Source of the DNA: an uncultured Gemmataceae bacterium
Lineage (GTDB): Bacteria > Planctomycetota > Planctomycetia > Gemmatales > Gemmataceae
Length of the DNA: 33,619 bases
Assembly: GCA_963923355.1 (NCBI GenBank)
Contig: CAWUOE010000001.1
Coordinates: forward strand, 1 to 33,619
Direction of reading: 5' to 3'
In this document: positions 33,240-33,619 of the stretch, one piece after another
How positions within the stretch are numbered: position 1 is the first letter of the stretch
Layout: every line of letters starts with the position of its first letter
Notes under the pieces: model-generated
The model's input: only the letters and a program-made list of their open reading frames with translations
Databases searched by the model: none
What the model was told of the DNA's origin: nothing
Made by a program: the position numbers and the translations under genes

Positions 33240-33619
33240 ATGACCAGTGAAGTGAAAACCGGGATGATGGTGTCCGGCGCCTTCGCCAGCTTGGTGGGAG
33301 CCGTTCTGACCAAACACTATGTTTCACCCGATGAACTGTTGGGCCACAAAGCACCCACCGAACAAGTGGCCAGCGCAGACGGGGGCGACGCCAAGTCTGT
33401 GGAAGGAACGGATGGCGCCAAGAGCGCCGCCTCCACCACCGGGGCCACGACGGAACCCAAGGGTGATGTGGTGCTTGCCTCGGCTAGCGGACCGGACAAA
33501 AACGCCCCGCCACCGCCGCCTGCTCCCAACCCAGCCGACCTGATTCCGCCACCGGCCAGCCCTGCCGGTGCGGGCGATGCCTCTTCCACACCACCACCAC
33601 CACCGCCATCGGTCCCTGG
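33240..33619 (+). CDS. Hypothetical bitopic membrane protein with a Pro-rich region (3'-truncated by the window edge, absent from the ORF track)
   Basis: My own translation from ATG 33240 gives MTSEVKTGMMVSGAFASLVGAVLTKHYVSPDELL...APPPPPAPNPADLIPPPASPAGAGDASSTPPPPPPSVP, open to the window end. It has GC-rich third positions and a GGGAGA Shine-Dalgarno about 12 nt upstream. Confidence 0.5.
   Translation, partial: MTSEVKTGMMVSGAFASLVGAVLTKHYVSPDELLGHKAPTEQVASADGGDAKSVEGTDGAKSAASTTGATTEPKGDVVLASASGPDKNAPPPPPAPNPADLIPPPASPAGAGDASSTPPPPPPSVP

Noticed and set aside
1-33619. A search for CRISPR arrays, IS elements or inverted terminal repeats, integrases, toxin-antitoxin pairs, retron or DGR reverse transcriptases, and the SRP RNA, RNase P and tmRNA signature motifs.
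   Set aside because: I found no regularly spaced direct repeats, no transposase, integrase or reverse-transcriptase motifs in any frame, and none of the signature strings (for example GAGGAAAGTCC, GGATTCGAC). Absence judged by eye is not proof, so an Infernal/Rfam scan would be decisive.

Overview
GC-rich chromosomal segment (about 60% GC by eye) with the long spurious antisense ORFs typical of high-GC genomes. The gene content includes a Hanks kinase with a sensor ectodomain, a lysine-rich 'small basic protein', a giant LamG/beta-propeller/cytochrome c/ThuA protein, many secreted hydrolases and an MMPL transporter. This suggests a PVC-superphylum bacterium (Planctomycetota or Verrucomicrobiota), but that is inference only. 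I can support 25 protein-coding genes, one of them a 3'-truncated ORF missing from the ORF track. I also support one candidate frameshifted small gene, five intrinsic terminators and one operator-like repeat set. I saw no rRNA, tRNA, CRISPR array, transposase, integrase or recognisable defence or toxin gene, so most of the window looks like ordinary core or housekeeping DNA. The part most worth a second look is the head of the dcw (division/cell-wall) cluster at 28.9-33.6 kb. There, mraZ is preceded by three 10-bp-phased GTGGG boxes. It is separated from rsmH by a structured spacer ending in a strong terminator. rsmH is followed by a 520-aa protein instead of ftsL/ftsI. That protein combines an N-terminal TM anchor with a complete but divergent C-terminal MraZ fold that lacks the conserved DNA-contact arginines. 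Secondary items are a Ser/Thr kinase with an AmiC/UrtA-type ectodomain, an orphan NrdG-like radical SAM activase coupled to a secreted esterase, an AT-rich islet with a small gene broken at a G5 run, an in-frame TGA splitting a TM leader from a Pro-rich protein, and a P1-Arg serpin.
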